From an uncultured Candidatus Saccharibacteria bacterium (lineage in GTDB: Bacteria; Patescibacteriota; Minisyncoccia; Phycocordibacterales; UBA6899): 64,000 nt of DNA. Positions 59,431 through 64,000 of the stretch are shown here, one piece after another; within the stretch, counting starts at the first letter, position 1, and each line of letters opens with the position of its first letter. Below the pieces are notes generated by a model that did not search any database, was not told where the DNA came from, and saw only the letters and a program-made list of their open reading frames with translations. The stretch spans positions 29,164 through 93,163 of the forward strand of contig CAZERF010000002.1 of the NCBI GenBank assembly GCA_964515375.1, given 5' to 3'. The translations under genes and the position numbers were made by a program.

Positions 59431-60697
59431 TGTATCTGAGTTTCGCGAGCTCTTCGCGCGCAACCTCTGCTTCATCCCATGGTGTTCTTGACCCTTTCGG
59501 CCCCATGATGAAGGGGTCGGTGCCTTTGCCGGTGAGAATGACAGCACTTGTGGGAGTCTCCTTCGCATAGGCAAGCGCGCGGGCGATCGCACTTCTGCGG
59601 TCGAGGATGATCTCGGGAGTTTTCTCCTTCATTCCTTGTGCCATTTCTCGGAGGATCCCCTCGGGGTCTTCGTCGTAAGGGTCTTCGTTCGCGAGGATGA
59701 TGCGGGTGCAATGTGTTTCCGCGATATGACCCATGACGGGGCGCTTCCACGTGTCTCGTCCTCCTCCGGTATTCCCAAGCACGCAAATGAGTTGATGTGC
59801 TTTGAATGTCGAATAGACCGCCTCGAGTGAATCGGGGGTGTGTGCGTAGTCAACAACGACGGGGAAGGGTTGCCCCATTTCGACTCGTTCTCCTCGTCCG
59901 CGGATCATGCGTGTTCGTGCGACCCCTTCCGCGATCGTGTGTGTTGGTATTCCAAGCGCATCGGCAAGTGTTGCGGCGGCAATAATATTCTCCGCATTGT
60001 GGAGTCCGGGAAGCGATGAGGTGATCGTCTCTCCTTTGAAGAGAAGGGTGACCCCGTCTTCTTTTGCGTCAATAGGATCAACGTCTTTTTTCGAAAAGGG
60101 GAGAGGGGTAAGTCCGCGAATCGCAAGGAAAAGAGCACCTTCCTTGTCGTCGGTATTCGCGACCATGAGGCGCCGCGGCTTCTTGGACCGCGCGAGTGCC
60201 TGCGCGATGGAGAGCTTCGCGTCGCGGTATGCTTCGTAGGAGCCGTGCGATTCGATGTGCTCGGGAGAGAGATTGAGAAAGATGAGCGCATCGGCGTCGA
60301 TGAAGCGGTGGCGGAATTGTTTCGCGCCTTCGGAGGTCATTTCGATCACCGCATGGGTGCATCCCGTGTTCACTGCATCACGGAGAAAGCGCTGTACAAA
60401 GAAGCGCCCCGGGATCGTCATTTTGCGTAAGTTGCGCGTGCTCTTCTCTCCGACCTTGAAGCGTAGTGTTCCCAAGAGTGCGGTGCTCGCTCCGTTTGCT
60501 TCAAGAATATTGTTCATGATCTCCGCCGTGCTCGTCTTTCCTTTTGTTCCCGTGATCAAGATGACGGTCAGCTTGCGCGAGGGGAAACGATAGTACAACG
60601 CTCCAAAAAGCGCGAGAAGAAAGTGGTACACAGGTTGGAGTGCATGGAAAACCTTTTTTGGAATGAAAGCTTTTATGTTGTTGAGAAGTATTTCCAT
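59417..60697 (-). CDS. murE: UDP-MurNAc-tripeptide synthetase (MurE-type Mur ligase)
   Basis: ITGTKGKTST, NLSPEHIESH, VDYAHTPDS, GGGRD..KRP.MG, TGKG. Confidence 0.88.
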   Translation of the reverse strand: MEILLNNIKAFIPKKVFHALQPVYHFLLALFGALYYRFPSRKLTVILITGTKGKTSTAEIMNNILEANGASTALLGTLRFKVGEKSTRNLRKMTIPGRFFVQRFLRDAVNTGCTHAVIEMTSEGAKQFRHRFIDADALIFLNLSPEHIESHGSYEAYRDAKLSIAQALARSKKPRRLMVANTDDKEGALFLAIRGLTPLPFSKKDVDPIDAKEDGVTLLFKGETITSSLPGLHNAENIIAAATLADALGIPTHTIAEGVARTRMIRGRGERVEMGQPFPVVVDYAHTPDSLEAVYSTFKAHQLICVLGNTGGGRDTWKRPVMGHIAETHCTRIILANEDPYDEDPEGILREMAQGMKEKTPEIILDRRSAIARALAYAKETPTSAVILTGKGTDPFIMGPKGSRTPWDEAEVAREELAKLRYTTTK

Positions 60698-60879
60698 ATT
60701 ATCTTGAAAAGATAGTTTGACCATCTCTGTGTATATATTTTAATATAACATATTCTTGAGGGCTCGATCATATAATGATTTTGTGAGATTTAATTGAATC
60801 GAGTTTCTTTTGAATATTTTTACTGAATTTTTATCGATAAAGAATTAGGCATAATGGTGAATATGTGAGGATATCTCCT

Positions 60880-61800
60880 CTTCTTTCTTGGCAGAATCTT
60901 AAGCATTTTCTTCTTGTGTGTTTTTTGTTAAACAGCGGTGAATTTTCACTGCGGTTTTCATGTGTGAAAAAGTCACATCGAGACTGTTTGTCGTATTGGG
61001 AATACTAAGGAGTGGGTATCGTTCGAACGTAAAGAGAAACGGAAGGTTTCTATGGATGCCGAAATAGGCACTGTGGAGGCGATGATGGGCATAATGAAAG
61101 CGTTTTCCTCCTGGATTTACACGGAGGAAATTATGCCAATACTCCTCCCACTCATTGAGTCGCGTGGATGAAGGATGCTTCGTCGGAGCAGGCCGGTGTG
61201 AGCGCGAGAGCGCGCAGATCTTGCCCTGCGGGGAGTTTTGGATACTTCGTGAGATAGCGTGTGATTATTTGCATCTGGTGGAACTGATACATTTGCACGG
61301 GAATACCCGGAAACGTTTCTCTCACGCCATTCCTAGTGTCAATGACGAGTGCGTTAATGACATACCTTCGTGCTTCAAGCGCTTCAACTCCGCGCTGATA
61401 GTCCGATGGTGTCTCTTTCCATATTTCTTCCCCGTACAAATTATCACCCTCCTTAAGATCACGAATAACGAGTATTCCCCATGAGCGTTTCTTTCTGAAG
61501 TATGTCGCATCAGCAACCGCAACGATCGGAGGGGTGGCGGAAGGGGGGGACATATGTTGCGAGCTGCGTGCGTATCCACTTCTTACCTCTTTTCGTGCGC
61601 TCGGTTAATTCTTCGATTTTATCGTATTTGATCGCATGGTGTGTCTAGAGTTTTTTCTGATGCGATTCAGTCGTTTGGGCTGTTGGAACTGGGCGTCGCA
61701 GGAGTTGTATTCATACCGCTGTACCCCGCGGGATTTACCGTTCTTCTTGGTGTTCCGTGATGTGCAGTAGTGTGGGCATATTCTGCCGTTTTTTAGCGTT
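60880..61800 (-). pseudogene. Decayed IS256-family (Zn-ribbon variant) transposase
   Basis: Fragments in different frames: PHYCTSRNTKKNGKSRGVQRY (Zn ribbon), VADATYF, VQMYQFHQ..II.RYLT, HHRLHSAY, IPNTTNSL; palindrome AGTGGCTC/GAGCCACT upstream; boundaries approximate. Confidence 0.75.
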
Positions 61801-61972
61801 CATTTTGATTACTAACAAAAGTGGCTCTTAATGGAGCCACTGTATCGCAAAAGAGCATCACATGGTTACTATTATCTCAAGAATTAGCAGAAATTTACTC
61901 TTAGCAAACAACCACCGGGATAAGGTCCGGTGGCTTTGTGTTTGCTGGCTGAGCCGGCAGGGCTGCGTGTGA

Positions 61973-64000
61973 TTAATTGTCTCCCCATCCACTCCACCCG
62001 CCCCATGGGTGACAAAAATCATAAGGAGTTGACCACCCGTTGGTGTTCACTCCTACCATCCACTTGTCGGTAGACCATGCCGTGATTCCGTTATCCCATT
62101 TGACCTCCCACCAGTAGTAGCCGTCCGCATAGATTGAACCGCTCTTGATTGTTCCGATCACTGAATTTTTAGGAATCGATCCGACGTAATTGCTTGTTAT
62201 GCTCGCGCTGCTTCGAAGGTTTAGATTTGCTGTTGCCTTGACTCGGAGATCGCGACAGAAATCTGCAGCATAAGAACTAGTGGGAGTTGTTCCTCCGGTT
62301 GACAGTGCAAGGTCGTCATTTACTGTCCATCCGATGATTTTGTTGTCCCACTTCACTTTCCACCACCATTCACCATCAGCAAGGATCGGCTGCCCTTCAA
62401 TGACCGTCCCTTTTGTGTTCTTTAATGTGTAGCCGATGAAACGCTCAGTTTCACCCGGATCCTGTCGAACGATCGTGTCTCTTGAGGTCGTGATCCGAGT
62501 ATTAATCGTGAAGTTGGTCGGCATTGCTGGAGCACTGGAGGCGGGTAATGGTGACGGTATCTTTGCATGTGCATACACAACGACACCGTCATCGTTAAGG
62601 TCATAGTTCTTTGCGGAGGCGGTGAGCAGGTTGTTATCAGTGTCATTAACCACTCCTGTTCCGTCGAGATCCGCGTTGGAGCAAATAAGTCCGAGCGGAA
62701 TCGTCGAGCTCTTGCATACTTGCAAAATTCCAAGGTCGGGTTGCAGTGTTGCATCCCATACTCGCCGCTCAATATCTCTCATCCTCATAACGTTTGTACT
62801 TACCATGTCTGTACCCCCAAGAGACCAGAGAACATGTTGAGAAAAATTGAAATCTGACGAGGTCACATAGCCATCCATGTTAAGGTCAGCCCTCGCACAA
62901 TTTGGTGTTGTTGGCGCTTCGACGCATGTGTCCAAGAATGCGTCGTCTTCCTCGTTGAGATACCCGTCCTTGTTAAGGTCGTGTGCACTTAGTGTTGAGA
63001 ACATGATCTCTCCCGCTGGGGTTTTTTGGCGTGTTCCCGCGATTCCCGTACTGTCTTCTGATGTGCATCCAAGTGAGCCACAGAGGCCATTTTTGACACT
63101 ATTGAGACTTATCGATCCCGTCGTTAAGTTCATCGCGTCTTCGTATGCATCAACCATCGCCTCGATCTCATCCGCGGAAAGACTGAAATTTCCATAAACA
63201 CGTAGTGCACAAGGGAAGAGATTGTCTTGTTTTGTTCGGAGATAGCAAACTTCGTCGGCAAAATTTGTTGTTGTTGTTTTGTAATTGATAAACCCGTCCT
63301 TGTTGAAGTCATATTTTTCGGCCTGTTCAAAGATTGTGACATCGGCAATACTGATCAATCCATCCGCGTTGAGGTCTGCCCTCGAGCAAGATCCTGAGAT
63401 CGGTTGTCCTACGCAACTTTTTAAGATAAAGAGATCACTTGCGCAACGCTTGTCAGTTTCGTTAAGATTGACACACACACGAACCGAAGATTCTTTTGTT
63501 GTGCAGTTGTTTTTTGTGTCGCAAGCTTTAACTTTGACAAGATAAGTACCATTTCCCTCTTGTAGCGTGTTGATGTTGTGTGTATTGGTAAACGTCGTGG
63601 TGCATGGAGTTGCTAGTGTGCAGGAGGATGTATTCAGGATGGTCTCGTTGTTTTCTTTGTGAGTCACCGTTAATAGCACTTCTCGAAGATCTGTATTGTC
63701 AGTGGCCTTGAGGTCAATCGTGAGGGTGGTTGCTGAGGTGAAGGAATTTGTCACTGGAGCAAGGATGCTGACTGAAGGTGAAGTCGTGTCTCTTTTTGTA
63801 TCTGTGAGCGCGGCAGTATCATCATCGTCGATTCTTATTGATGCTGTTTCCGTGTTGATACTTGATCCGTTTGATGGGCTGGAGAGGTGTACGGAGAAGA
63901 TTTCATTTTGTTCGGTGTCTGAATCATTGGTAATAGGAATGATGATGTTTTGCGTTGTGATCCCCGGCAGGAAAGTGAGAGTTCCTGACCGTACGGTATA
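61973..64000 (-). CDS. Large surface protein (Calx-beta, Ig-like, dockerin/EF-hand-like repeats, two SH3-like domains), 5' end outside the window
   Basis: The frame stays open to 64000: SGTLTF.PG.T...I.I.ND...E.NE.F.V.LS..DDD Calx-beta; repeated DLN.DG; two ADG..WW.VKWD repeats. Confidence 0.8.
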   Translation of the reverse strand, partial: YTVRSGTLTFLPGITTQNIIIPITNDSDTEQNEIFSVHLSSPSNGSSINTETASIRIDDDDTAALTDTKRDTTSPSVSILAPVTNSFTSATTLTIDLKATDNTDLREVLLTVTHKENNETILNTSSCTLATPCTTTFTNTHNINTLQEGNGTYLVKVKACDTKNNCTTKESSVRVCVNLNETDKRCASDLFILKSCVGQPISGSCSRADLNADGLISIADVTIFEQAEKYDFNKDGFINYKTTTTNFADEVCYLRTKQDNLFPCALRVYGNFSLSADEIEAMVDAYEDAMNLTTGSISLNSVKNGLCGSLGCTSEDSTGIAGTRQKTPAGEIMFSTLSAHDLNKDGYLNEEDDAFLDTCVEAPTTPNCARADLNMDGYVTSSDFNFSQHVLWSLGGTDMVSTNVMRMRDIERRVWDATLQPDLGILQVCKSSTIPLGLICSNADLDGTGVVNDTDNNLLTASAKNYDLNDDGVVVYAHAKIPSPLPASSAPAMPTNFTINTRITTSRDTIVRQDPGETERFIGYTLKNTKGTVIEGQPILADGEWWWKVKWDNKIIGWTVNDDLALSTGGTTPTSSYAADFCRDLRVKATANLNLRSSASITSNYVGSIPKNSVIGTIKSGSIYADGYYWWEVKWDNGITAWSTDKWMVGVNTNGWSTPYDFCHPWGGWSGWGDN

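Overview
Chromosomal window spanning the replication origin of a bacterium that looks like a Patescibacteria/CPR (Parcubacteria-like) lineage. This assignment is inferred from the compact gene set, short YebC, EDPY-type MurE, CPR-style VirB4/PrgI cluster and pilin genes. From left to right the window holds: type IV pilus genes, an M23/LysM peptidase, pcrA and rsmA; large surface proteins; a VirB6/PrgI/VirB4-type secretion cluster ending in two genes with an identical 418-bp head and different cell-wall-hydrolase tails; jag-yidC-yidD-rnpA-rpmH and dnaA-oriC-dnaN; PBP1A, tyrS, ruvC-yebC-ruvB; a 6S-like RNA; a second PilB, tsaE, polA, holA and gmk; a phaB / MaoC-Pta / ackA cluster; tRNA-Lys followed by three structured tRNA-3'-end repeats; murE; a decayed IS256-variant transposase; and a partial Calx-beta/dockerin/SH3 surface protein. 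The strongest novelty candidates are the constant-pilin/variable-hydrolase pair, the tRNA-anchored structured repeat array, a candidate anti-Shine-Dalgarno sRNA beside a DnaA box, and the PHA-type acyl-CoA cluster. All calls come from reading motifs by eye; no searches were run.
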